DNA of 64,000 bases from an uncultured Spirochaetota bacterium (GTDB lineage: Bacteria > Spirochaetota > Spirochaetia > SZUA-6 > DRHE01). Numbering within the stretch: position 1 is the stretch's first letter; the number at the start of each line of letters is the position of its first letter. Under the pieces are notes generated by a model. The model saw only the letters and a program-made list of their open reading frames with translations. It had not been told where the DNA came from and searched no databases. Below, piece after piece: positions 40,289 to 49,835 of the stretch. Made by a program: the position numbers and the translations under genes. Location of the stretch: assembly GCA_963745745.1 (NCBI GenBank), contig CAVUYS010000068.1, forward strand, positions 27,614 to 91,613, in the 5' to 3' direction.

Positions 40289-40395
40289 TGTCTGGCTATA
40301 CATTACTAAATTGCCAAGGTTCATCCAAATGAATACATTAGGGGCAAGGCCAGGCCGACGCCTCGCGGTGCGCCCGGCCGGAGGGAGGGACTCTC

Positions 40396-41076
40396 ATGAA
40401 AATCGGAGTGCTGGGCACAGGGACCGTCGGTCGGGCTCTGGCCGCGCGCCTCTCGGAGCTGGGTCACGAGGTGATGCTCGGGACCCGCGATCCGGCCAAG
40501 ACCCTGGCCCGGTCCGCGCCGGACGCCTACGGCAATCCGCCGCTCGCCTCCTGGCTGAAGAGCAAGCCGGCGCTGAAGCTGGGCGCTTTCGCGGAGGCCG
40601 CCGGCCACGGGGAGGTGCTGGTCAACGCCACCCAGGGCACCGCCTCGCTGGAGGCGCTGGAGAAAGCCGGCGAGGCCGGGCTGAACGGGAAGGTGCTGAT
40701 CGACGTCTCCAATCCCCTGGACTTCTCCCGGGGCATGCCCCCGACCCTCTTCGTCAAGGACAGCGACTCGCTGGCCGAGCAGATCCAGCGGGCCTTCCCC
40801 AAGGCCCGGGTGGTCAAGACCCTCAACACCCTGAACGCCGCGCTGATGACCGATCCCGGGCGGCTGGCCCGGGCGGAGCACTCGGTTTTCCTGAGCGGCA
40901 ATGACCCCCAGGCCAAGAAAACCGTGGCCGACCTACTGCGCGGCTTCGGCTGGAAGGACATCATCGACCTGGGCGACATCACCACCGCGCGCGGCACGGA
41001 GATGCTGCTGGGCGTCTGGCTGCGCCTTTACGGGGCGCTGAACACCCCGGAGTTCAACTTCAAGGTGGTGCGGTAG
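40396..41076 (+). CDS. NADP oxidoreductase, F420-dependent NADP reductase-like (Rossmann)
   Basis: MKIGVLGTGTVGRALAARL has the dinucleotide fold, with family-typical blocks VLIDVSNPL and VVKTLNT. RBS GGAGGGAGG. Intact. Confidence 0.75.
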   Translation: MKIGVLGTGTVGRALAARLSELGHEVMLGTRDPAKTLARSAPDAYGNPPLASWLKSKPALKLGAFAEAAGHGEVLVNATQGTASLEALEKAGEAGLNGKVLIDVSNPLDFSRGMPPTLFVKDSDSLAEQIQRAFPKARVVKTLNTLNAALMTDPGRLARAEHSVFLSGNDPQAKKTVADLLRGFGWKDIIDLGDITTARGTEMLLGVWLRLYGALNTPEFNFKVVR

Positions 41077-42478
41077 GCGGCTCGCCCAGCGGCAGCCGCA
41101 CGGTGAACACGGTCCGCCCCGGCTGCGAGCGGAAATCCATGGTCCCGCCGTGGCGGCGCACGATGTGGTAGGAGGTGTTCAGGCCCTGACCCGAGCCCTG
41201 GCCCATGGGCTTGGTGGTGAAGAAGAGGGTGAAGATCTTGGGCTGGGCTTCCGGGGGGATGCCCGGGCCGTCGTCCTCCACCTCCACCACCGCCCAGGGG
41301 CCCTCCCGGCGGGTGCGCAGGGTGATCCGCCCCTTGCCCTCCATGGCATAGGCCGCGTTGTCGATCAGGTTGGTCCAGACCTGGTTCAGCTCCCCGCCGT
41401 GGGCCGGCAGGCGGGGCAGGTCCTTCTGGAAGTCGCGCAGGACCGTGACCCCCCGCTTCAGCTTGTGCCTCAGGATCACCAGGGTGTTCTCCAGGCCCTC
41501 GTGCAGGTCCACCTCCTGCAGCGGGGCCTGGTCCAGGTAGACGTAGCTCTTCATGGCCTTGACTATGGAAGAGATCTCCCGCGCCCCCTGGGAAATCTCG
41601 GCCAGCAGGTGGTTGGCCCTGCAGGAGACCCAGACCAGGCGCAGGATCTCCTCCAGCTGCCGGCCGGGGAAGGACCGCTCCAGGCGCCCCAGCTCCTCCG
41701 CGTCGTAGCCGGACTCCACCAGCTCTCCGGCCAGCATCTCCCCGTCCGGCACGCCGTGGTCCTGCAGCCAGCGCTCCACCTGCTCCTCCCGGTCCCCGCG
41801 CTCCAGGGCGCCCAGATCGCTGCGGCTCGCCCTTCCCGGCACCCTGCATGCGGCGGGCCAGCTCCTGGAACTGCTCCGGGAGTCAGCCCCAGGCCGGCCA
41901 CCCGGTTGGGGCCTTGCAGCAGCTCGGCGAAGGCCTCGCGCAGCTCGGCGGCGCCGCGCGCGGCCGCGGAGGCGGGATTGTTCAGCTCGTGGGCCATGCC
42001 GGCGGCCAGGGTCCCCAGCTGGGCCATCTTCTCGCTCTGGCGCAGCGCGGCCTCCGTTTCCCTGAGGCGCTGCATCACGGTGCCCAGCATGGAGCGGGCC
42101 GCCGTGGGACTGGAGGTCAGCAGCTGCTCCAGCTCGCCGCGGCCGATCACCAGCAGCACGCTGGGGGTGCGGGCCCGGGCGGAGGCCATGCGCGGGGCCT
42201 CCTCCAGCAGGGCCATCTCGCCGATGACCTCCCCCGCCTTGCGCAGGGCCAGGGGGATCTCGCGGCCGTCGGAGTAGCGGCTGATCTCGATCTCCCCCTC
42301 GCGGATCACGTAGGCCAGATCCCCGCGGTCGCCCTGGCGGAACAGCTCCTCACCCGCCTGCCAGGTGCACGTCGCTCACCAGCGAGCAGAGCTTGCGCAA
42401 GTCCGGCTCGTCCAGCTCGGCGAACAGCGGGATCCGCCGGAGGAACTCGAAGCGCTCCGTCGGGCTGGTGTGGCTCAT
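41060..42478 (-). CDS. Sensor histidine kinase with an N-terminal cyclic-nucleotide-binding domain, three apparent frameshifts (about 42362, 41872, 41843)
   Basis: MSHTSPTERFEFLRRIPLFAELDEPDLRKL (end of ORF 42350..42952) is followed by AGEELFRQGDRGDLAYVIREGEIEI...GEMALLEEAPRMASARA (cNMP fold). The H-box AAGMAHELNNP lies in ORF 41563..42309. The HATPase domain lies in ORF 41060..41842 (NLIDNAAYAM, DDGPGIP, GSGQGL). The start overlaps the upstream stop as ATGA. Confidence 0.8.
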
Positions 42479-44133
42479 ACGGTCTTGAGGTACTGGTGGA
42501 TCTGGGCCACCACCACGGAGCCCTCCCCCACCGCCGCCCCGACCCGCTTGACGGACATGTGCCGCACGTCCCCGGCGGCGAAAATTCCGGGCACGCTGGT
42601 TTCCATCAGGAACGGATCGCGCTTCAGGTTCCAGGAGGGCGGGCGCGAACCATTGGCCCCGAGGTCGCGCCCGGTGAGGATGAAGCCCGAGGAGTCGCGC
42701 TCCACCATTCCGGCCACGATGTCCGTGTGGGCCACCGCCCCGATGAAGGCGAACAGCGCCGCGGCGGGAACGACCTGCTCCCGGCCGCTCTCCCGCTCCA
42801 CCAGCACCACTTCCTCCAGGCGGTTTTCCCCGCGCAGCTCCCGCACCTCGGTGCCGGGCAAGAGGCGCACGTTCGCCGCGGCTTCCAGCTGCCGCACCAG
42901 GTAGGCGGACATGGTGGGCGCCAGCGACGGCCCGCGCACCGAGCAGGTGCACCGTGCGCGGCGAAGCCGGACAGGAACAGGGCCCCCTGGCCCGCGGAGT
43001 TGCCTCCGCCCAGCACCAGCACCTCCTGCCCGAGGTAATGCCGGGCCTCGGTCAGGGCGGCGCCATAGTACAGGCCGGCCCCGGCCAGGCGCTCCTCCCC
43101 CGGCACCTCCAGGCGCTTGGTGGACACGCCGGTGGCGATCAGCAGCGCGTGGCAGGAGAGTTCCGTGCCGTCGCCCAGCTTCACGAAGCGGTACGGGTCC
43201 TCGCGCCGCACCGCGGCCGCATCCGAGCTCAGGATCTCCACCCCGAAGCGCTTCGCCTGGCTGGTGGCGCGGCGGGCCAGGTCCGCGCCGCTCAGGCCCC
43301 TGGGGAAACCCAGGTAGTTCTCGATCATCGCGCTGGTGCCCGCCTGGCCGCCGGTGGCCTCGCGCTCCACCAGCACCGTGCGCAGCCCCTCGGAGGCGGC
43401 GTACACCGCCGAGGCCAGGCCCGCGGGACCGCCGCCCACGATCACCAGGTCGTAGAACGGGCGGGCCGCCGCGGTCTGCAGGCCGGTGCGCCCGGCCAGG
43501 GTGCGCAGGTCCGGGTCGGCCAAGAGGCCGCCGTCGGGGAACAGCACCAGCGGCAGCCGCGTCTCCCCGTTCAGGGATTCCTGCAGCCGGCGGGCCTCCT
43601 CGTCCTTCTCCACGTCCAGCCACTGGTAGGGGATCTGGTTGCGGGTCAGGAAATCCTTGACCAGGTGGCTGCGCGGGGACCACAGCGTGCCCAGGACGCG
43701 GATGCCCTCGAAGGGCGGCCGGTGGCGCCGCGGCCCAGTCCGCCAGCAGGTCCTCCAGCACCGGGTACAGCTCGCGCTCCGGCGGGTCCCACGGTTTCAG
43801 GAAGTAGTAGTCCAGGCCGAGGCGGTTGATGCTCTGGATGGCGGCCTGGGTGTCGGCATAGGCGGTGAGCAGGGCCCGCTTGACCTCCGGATAGACGCCG
43901 ATGGCTTTCTCCAGGAATTCCGTGCCGCTCATGACCGGCATGCGCTGGTCGGCCAGCAGCAGCGCCACCGCGGTGCCGCGCCGCTTGAGCTCGTGCACCG
44001 CTGCCAGGGCTTCCTCTCCGGAGGAGGTCTTCAGGATGCGGTACTCGGTCCCGAAGCGGCGGCGCAGGTCCCTCTCCACCGCATTGAGCACGTCGGGCTC
44101 ATCGTCGACCGCCAGAATCACCGGCTTGGCCAT
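42475..44133 (-). CDS. Fused response-regulator receiver / thioredoxin-like / thioredoxin-disulfide-reductase-like protein, two apparent frameshifts (about 43735, 42950)
   Basis: REC: ILAVDDEPDVL...LLADQRMPVMSG...LLTAYAD. The next part lies in ORF 42624..43613: FYDLVIVGGGPAGLASAVYAASEG...LVLGGGNSAGQ. The C-terminus PGIFAAGDVRHMSVKRVGAAVGEGS ends at 42475. Confidence 0.8.
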   Translation of the reverse strand: MAKPVILAVDDEPDVLNAVERDLRRRFGTEYRILKTSSGEEALAAVHELKRRGTAVALLLADQRMPVMSGTEFLEKAIGVYPEVKRALLTAYADTQAAIQSINRLGLDYYFLKPWDPPERELYPVLEDLLADWAAAPPAALRGHPRPGHAVVPAQPPGQGFPDPQPDPLPVAGRGEGRGGPPAAGIPERGDAAAAGAVPRRRPLGRPGPAHPGRAHRPADRGGPPVLRPGDRGRRSRGPGLGGVRRLRGAAHGAGGARGHRRPGGHQRDDRELPGFPQGPERRGPGPPRHQPGEALRGGDPELGCGRGAARGPVPLREAGRRHGTLLPRAADRHRRVHQAPGGAGGGAPGRGRPVLWRRPDRGPALPRAGGAGAGRRQLRGPGGPVPVRLRRARCTCSVRGPSLAPTMSAYLVRQLEAAANVRLLPGTEVRELRGENRLEEVVLVERESGREQVVPAAALFAFIGAVAHTDIVAGMVERDSSGFILTGRDLGANGSRPPSWNLKRDPFLMETSVPGIFAAGDVRHMSVKRVGAAVGEGSVVVAQIHQYLKTV

Positions 44134-44266
44134 GGCTTACCCCCCGCCCGCCCTTTTGCTGATTTGTTTGATCATCTATAAGAAGAAAAGTACTGCCGCG
44201 GACCCGGCGCCGTCAAACCGGTTTCGGCACTCCTTGCCGCCGGGGCGGGCCGGTGGTACATTGCCC

Positions 44267-46829
44267 ATGGCCGACGCAAACATACCCATGAGGGATCGCC
44301 TGCTTCCCGCGAAAACCGCCGTCCCGGTGCTGTTCTTCCTGTCCGGGGCGGCCGCGTTGATCTACGAGTCCCTGTGGATGCGCCAGTTCTCCCTGATCTT
44401 CGGCAACACCACCTACTCCGTGACCGTGACCCTGGCCGCTTTCATGGGCGGCATCGCGCTGGGCAGCCACCTGATCGCCCGCAGGCCCGTGCGCAACCCG
44501 GCGCGCCTGTACGCGCTGGCGGAAGCCGGGGCCGGGATCACGGCCCTGGCCACCCTGTTCCTCCTGCGCGGGCTGCCGCGCTGGTACGGCGGCCTGGCGC
44601 TGCCCGCGCCCCTGGAAGCGGGACTGCGCGTGGCTTCGGCCGCCCTGGTGATCGGGCCCACCACGGTCCTGCTGGGGCTCACCTTCCCCCTGCTGGCGGA
44701 GTTCCTGAGCAGGGCCGGCGGGGCCATGCACGCCGGCATCGGGGCCCTCTACCGGGCCAACACGCTGGGCGGCGCCGCGGGAGTGCTGCTGGCCGGCTTC
44801 CTCCTGCTGCCGGCGCTGGGAGTCACGGGCCTGTTCGTCGCCGCGGCGACGACCAACCTGGCCATCGGGGGCCTGTTCTGGATCCTGGCGCCGGCTTCCC
44901 TCCCGGAGACCCCTCCGTCGGCGAAGGCCGACGCCGGCATTCAGGCCCCACGCGGCTTTCGGGGCGGTCCGGTCGCCCACCAGGCGTCCACCTGGCGCGG
45001 CCTGTTCCCGCTGCTGGCCTTCTGCTCCGGGGCCGCCTCCTTCGGCCTGGAGATCCTGTGCACGCGCGCCCTGGCCCTGGTCATCGGCTCCTCCTACTAC
45101 TCCTTCAATACGATGCTGGCCGCCTTCCTGCTTGGCATCGTGCTGGGGGCCCTGGTATACCGGGCGCTGCGGCCGCGGCGGCCGGCGCTGCTGCTGGGAG
45201 CCCTGTTCGCGGCCCTGGGCCTGCTGGCCCTGGCCGAGGTCGCGCTGCTGGGCAGCCTGCCCCGCCTGTATTTCAGCCTGATGACCCGCCTGGGCTCCTC
45301 GTTCTTCGCCCACCAGGCCGCGGGCTTCGGCCTTTCCCTGCTGGCCATGCTGCCCCTCACCACGGTATTCGGCATCACCTTCCCGCTGCTGGCCCACCTG
45401 CATGGCGGGCAGGGCGCCCGGCAGGTCGCAGGCAGGCTGTACCTCTGGAACACCCTCGGCTCCATCCTGGGGGCCCTGGCCACCGGTTTCCTGCTGGTGC
45501 CGCTGGCCGGCCTGCAGGCCTCCTTCGTCTGGCTGGCCGGCCTGCTGCTGGCGCCCGGCCTGCTGGCCCTGCTGGCCGCGCTGCCACCGAGCGCCGTGCT
45601 GCGGACCGCCGCCGGCCTGGCCGCGGCCGCGCTGCTGGCGGGAGCCGGGCTGTTCTACCGGCCCTGGGATCGCCTGCTGATGACCGCCGGCATCTACAAG
45701 TACGGCCTGGAGTGGCGCGGCTTGATTCCCGACGGGCGCACCCTGCAGGAGGGCCTGCGCCGGTACCGCTCGCTGCTTGTTCTACCGCGAAGGCCGCGAG
45801 GCGGTGGTGTCGGTGACCCGCTCGGCCGCGGGTACCTTCCTGGCCATCAATGGCAAGATCGACGCGGGCGACCAGGCCGACACCGCCACGCAGAAGCTTC
45901 TGGCCCACCTGCCCCTGGCCCTGCACCCCTCGCCGCGGACGGCGTTCATCGTGGGCTGGGGCAGCGGCTGCACGGCCGGCTCGGCCGCGCTGCACCCGCT
46001 GCGGGAAATCCACTGCGCCGAGATCGAGCCGGCGGTTTTCGACGCCGCGCCCTTCTTCGAGGGGCTCAACCGCGGCGTGCAGCGCGACCCGCGCTTCACC
46101 GTGCTTCTGCGCGATGCGCGCAACCTCCTGCTGTCCGGCGGCCCCCGCTACGACCTGATCATCTCCGAGCCCTCCAACCCCTGGGTTTCGGGCATGTCCA
46201 GCCTGTTCACGGAAGAGTTCTACCGCATCGTGGCGCAGCGCCTGGAGGAAGGCGGAGTGTTCTGCCAGTGGTTCCATTACTACGACCTGGGCCTGGAGGA
46301 CATCCGGGTCCAGGTGGCCACCTTCTGCCGCCGCTTCCCCTACGCCTCCCTCTGGCTCGTGCCCCCCTCCACCGGCCCGGAGGGCCGGGCAACCCCGGTG
46401 GGGGACCTGCTGCTCCTGGGCAGCCTGCAGCCACTGCCGCTGGACTACCGGCGCGTGCAGGAAGCGCTGAAGGCGCCGGCGGTCCGGCAGGACCTGGAGG
46501 CAGTAGGCATCCCGGACGAGCTGGCTCTGCTCGCCGCCTGGAGCGCGGACCGGGCGGACCTGCTGGCCTTCGCCGGCGATGCCCCCGGCAACACGGACGA
46601 CCGGCCCCTGCTGGAGCTCAACGCGCCCAAGGGCCTGTACCGCGCGACCAACTCGCGCGAGCAGCGCCTGGCCATGTACCAGACGCTGGCCGCGATCGGG
46701 CACGATCCGCTGCCGCCACTGCAAAACCACCCGGCGCTGGACTACGAAAGGCTGGGCGCCCTGTATGAAGCCCGGCTGCAGCCGGCCCGGGCGCGACGAC
46801 TGGCGGAAACCGCCCGGGGTGTCAAGTGA
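44267..46829 (+). CDS. Fused polytopic membrane / spermidine-synthase-like (aminopropyltransferase fold) protein, one apparent frameshift near 45778
   Basis: ATG 44267 inside ORF 43901..46768 begins LFFLSGAAALIYESLWMRQFSLIFGNT, followed by about 12 TM segments. ORF 45777..46829 supplies the SpeE-like domain (GWGSGCTAGSA...CAEIEPAV...DLIISEPSNPWVSG). Confidence 0.8.
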
Positions 46830-47395
46830 CCGTGCGCCGGTTCCGCGCCGCAGCGGCCCTTCTGGCGACGGGGCTGGCCGTGCTGGCGGCGCTCGCGCTG
46901 CCGGGCCTCGGCGGCTGCGCTGGAGGATCGGCCCGCGAATCCCCCGCGGGCACGCGAGTGGTCGGCAGCCTGAGCCTGGAGTTCCCCGAGGGCTTCCTGG
47001 GCCAGCCGGCCCGGACCATCCGCTCCTTCATCCTGCTGCACGTCCGCAACCTCGACACCGGGAAGCGTTTCCTGCGCGCGGTGGGCGAAGGGGGCTTCTC
47101 CTTCCCCGCCGCTGCGGGCGAGGAGCTGGCCCTGGAGCGATACGAGTACTCGCAGGCCGGATCCGCCTTCTCCTGCTACCTGAACGACGAGGTCGGCATC
47201 CGCTTCCGGCCCGAGCCCGGCCAGGTGCTGGACCTGGGCAGGATCACCATCCGCTACACCGCACCGGCGCCCAGCCAGCGGCCGACCTTCGCCCGCTCCA
47301 CGACCTTCGAGGATCCGCCCGAGCAGAAGGATTCCTTCATCCTCCGCCTGCTGCGGCACACCTACTGGCGCTACACGCGAACGGTGCTGCGCTGA
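46826..47395 (+). CDS. Lipoprotein, unknown function
   Basis: The GTG start overlaps the upstream stop as GTGA. Signal/lipobox LAALALPGLGGC. No family recognised. Confidence 0.55.
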   Translation: MTVRRFRAAAALLATGLAVLAALALPGLGGCAGGSARESPAGTRVVGSLSLEFPEGFLGQPARTIRSFILLHVRNLDTGKRFLRAVGEGGFSFPAAAGEELALERYEYSQAGSAFSCYLNDEVGIRFRPEPGQVLDLGRITIRYTAPAPSQRPTFARSTTFEDPPEQKDSFILRLLRHTYWRYTRTVLR

Positions 47396-47434
47396 GCAGG
47401 GGCCGCCGCCGGACTTGCTTCCCGGGAAATGGCT

Positions 47435-47444
47435 TGAGTATGCT
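47435..47444 (+). promoter_or_regulatory. TGAGTATGCT box 6 nt upstream of the ATG at 47451 (candidate -10; possible -35 TTGCTT at 47415-47420, 18-nt spacer)
   Basis: The sequence is TGAGTATGCT-ttcccc-ATG with no Shine-Dalgarno. This is the third copy of TGAGTAT at the same distance from a start codon. Confidence 0.4.
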
Positions 47445-47450
47445 TTCCCC

Positions 47451-47651
47451 ATGATCAAGGTCAAAACCTTCACCTCGGAATTGAAGCCCTTCTTCGCCAT
47501 GAGGCAGCTGGAGAGCCTGGACGAACAGGTGAACTCCTTTCTGCAGGCCGGCCGCGTCACCCGGGTGCTTTCGGTGAGCGACGCCTGCACGGCCACCGAG
47601 AACGGGGCCACCATCGGCATCATCCGCGTGCTGGCCTACGAATCCGCCTGA
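47451..47651 (+). CDS. Small Cse60-like protein (66 aa)
   Basis: MIKVKTFTSELKPFFAMRQLESLDEQVNSFL... resembles the Cse60 family N-terminus (MxKVKxF...LExxVNxFL). The internal start is chosen because the TGAGTAT box lies inside the longer ORF 47415..47651. Confidence 0.55.
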   Translation: MIKVKTFTSELKPFFAMRQLESLDEQVNSFLQAGRVTRVLSVSDACTATENGATIGIIRVLAYESA

Positions 47652-47721
47652 GCTCAAGCGGGGGCCGGCGCGCGGGCATTGCTTTACCCGCCGCGGTTTC
47701 ACTATTCTAGGTCTAACGCCC

Positions 47722-49239
47722 ATGCCGCGAAGAATCGCGCCCGCCGCCTTGCTGCTGCTGCTGCCGATAATCCTTTGGGCGGCCGGAGGCGGGGAGGCGC
47801 AGCGGGCCCGGGCGGGCGGGATGCTGGCCATTGGCACGCAGCCGCTGACCAGCCTGGATCCGCACTTCGCCACCTCCGTGGCGGACATCCAGCTCCTGGA
47901 GCAGGTCTACGAGCACCTGACCTACATCGGAGCCTCCAACCGTCCCGTGCCCGACCTGGCCAAGAGCTGGGAGTCCACGGACGGCAGGACCTGGACCTTC
48001 GCCCTGCGCGAGGGGGCCCGCTTCTCCAGCGGCAAGCTGGTGACCGCCAGCGACGTGGTGGCCACCTTCAACCGCCTGCGCGATCCCCGCCTCGGCACCC
48101 CCGCGGCCGCCCTGTACGGGAACATCCGCGAAGTGCAGGCCGTGGACGCCCGGCGCGTGCGCTTCCTGCTGTCCGAGGCCAACCCGGAGTTCGCCAGCGA
48201 CGTGGGCGACTACCACGCCGCGATCCTTCCCGCGGGAAGCGCCGAGCAGCGCATCGGCAGCGGCCCCTTCCGGATCGAATCCTACATCCCCGATCGCCTG
48301 GTGGTGCTGAAGCGCAACCCCTATTACAGCCGGAAGGACGCTTCCGGGGCCGCCCTCCCCTACCTGGAGGAAATTCGCCTGGTCCTCTCCCCGGAGCCCG
48401 GCGTGCAGGCGCTGCTGGGCGGGGAGCTGGGCTTCGTGGGCGGGCTCACCACCGAGGAGGTGAAGAGCCTGTCGGGCGCCCCCGGAGTGAAGGTGCTGAA
48501 CGTCGACTCCAACATGCATTGGGCCATCCACCTGCGCTCCGACCGGGGCCCGGCGGCCGACAACCGGGTGCGCCAGGCCCTGAAGCTGGCCACCAGCCAC
48601 CAGGCCCTGGTGGACGACATCCGGCCCGGGCTGGCCTCGGTGGGCAACGGCTTCACGCCGGTGGGCCCGGCCTTCGGCAGGTACTACCTGGTGCGCCCGC
48701 CGTTCGCCAACCTGGCCAGGGCGCGCGCCCTGCTGGCCGAGGCGGGGTACCCCGACGGCCTGGAGATCACCCTGCACGTCCAGAACCAGGCGGAGGCGCT
48801 GTCGATCGCCGCCGTCTGGATGGAGCAGGTGGCCCGCATCGGGGTGGAGGTCCACCCGCGCGTGATTGCCTCCGAGCAATACTACGGCGGCGGGAGCGAG
48901 GACTGGCTGAAGGTGGATTTCGGCATCACCGACTGGGGCGCGCGGGCCACCCCGGTCAGCTACTTCAAGCTGGCCTACGCCACGGGCGCGCCCTGGAACG
49001 AGACGCATTGGTCGGACCCCGCCTTCGACCAGCTCATCGCCCGCATCGACCGGGAAATGAGCGAAGGCCGGCGGGTGGGGCTGTACCACCAGGCGCAGGA
49101 GATCCTGATCGAGCGGGGCCCGCTCATCGTGCCGTACTTCGTCAAGGCCGCGGCCGGGATGCGTTCCGACCTGCAGGGGATCAGCCTGGCCTCCGACTGG
49201 CCCCGCACCCGTTTTCGCGACGCCTGGTTCGCCAGGTAG
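47722..49239 (+). CDS. ABC transporter substrate-binding protein, family 5 (peptide/nickel type)
   Basis: Intact 505-aa ORF with a signal peptide. Family-5 blocks are present: LAKSWESTDGRTWTFALREGARFSSG and VVLKRNPYY. No cognate permease genes lie nearby. Confidence 0.8.
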   Translation: MPRRIAPAALLLLLPIILWAAGGGEAQRARAGGMLAIGTQPLTSLDPHFATSVADIQLLEQVYEHLTYIGASNRPVPDLAKSWESTDGRTWTFALREGARFSSGKLVTASDVVATFNRLRDPRLGTPAAALYGNIREVQAVDARRVRFLLSEANPEFASDVGDYHAAILPAGSAEQRIGSGPFRIESYIPDRLVVLKRNPYYSRKDASGAALPYLEEIRLVLSPEPGVQALLGGELGFVGGLTTEEVKSLSGAPGVKVLNVDSNMHWAIHLRSDRGPAADNRVRQALKLATSHQALVDDIRPGLASVGNGFTPVGPAFGRYYLVRPPFANLARARALLAEAGYPDGLEITLHVQNQAEALSIAAVWMEQVARIGVEVHPRVIASEQYYGGGSEDWLKVDFGITDWGARATPVSYFKLAYATGAPWNETHWSDPAFDQLIARIDREMSEGRRVGLYHQAQEILIERGPLIVPYFVKAAAGMRSDLQGISLASDWPRTRFRDAWFAR

Positions 49240-49248
49240 GGAGCAGCA

Positions 49249-49827
49249 ATGGAAGCCTTTCGCTATGAGGAACTGGAGTTCCGGCCCGTGACCCTGAAGC
49301 AGTGGCCGGATCTGCAGGAGCTGTTCGGCCCCAACGGCGCGGACAGCGGCTGCTGGTGCATGTGGTGGCGCCAGACCCGCGAGGAGTTCGACCGCCTGCA
49401 CGGGGAGCCCAATCGCCGCAGCCTGGAAGCGCTGATCCGGGGCGGGGAGGTGCCCGGCATCCTGGCCTACCATCAGGGCCGGCCGGTGGGCTGGTGCTCC
49501 GTGGCCCCTCGCGATCACTTTCCCGTGCTGGACCGCTCGCCCAACCTCAAGGCGGTGGACGGCGAGCCGGTCTGGTCCATCGTCTGCTTCTTCATCCCCC
49601 GGCAGCACCGACGCCGCGGGCTGTCCGGCCACCTGATCCGGGCCGCGGTGCGGTACGCCCTGTCCAAGGGCGCCCCGGCCGTGGAGGCCTACCCCATCGA
49701 TCCCCGCCACTCCGCCGGCCGGCCGGGGGCCGCCTTCACCGGCCAGCTGGACACCTTCCTGCAGGCCGGCTTCACGGAGGTGGCCCGCCGTTCCCCGCGG
49801 CGGCCCGTCCTGCGCTTCCAACCGTAG
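49249..49827 (+). CDS. GNAT-family N-acetyltransferase
   Basis: Intact 192-aa ORF. The motif FFIPRQHRRRGLSGHLIRAAV is an acetyl-CoA loop. Confidence 0.7.
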   Translation: MEAFRYEELEFRPVTLKQWPDLQELFGPNGADSGCWCMWWRQTREEFDRLHGEPNRRSLEALIRGGEVPGILAYHQGRPVGWCSVAPRDHFPVLDRSPNLKAVDGEPVWSIVCFFIPRQHRRRGLSGHLIRAAVRYALSKGAPAVEAYPIDPRHSAGRPGAAFTGQLDTFLQAGFTEVARRSPRRPVLRFQP

Positions 49828-49835
49828 GTCCCCGC

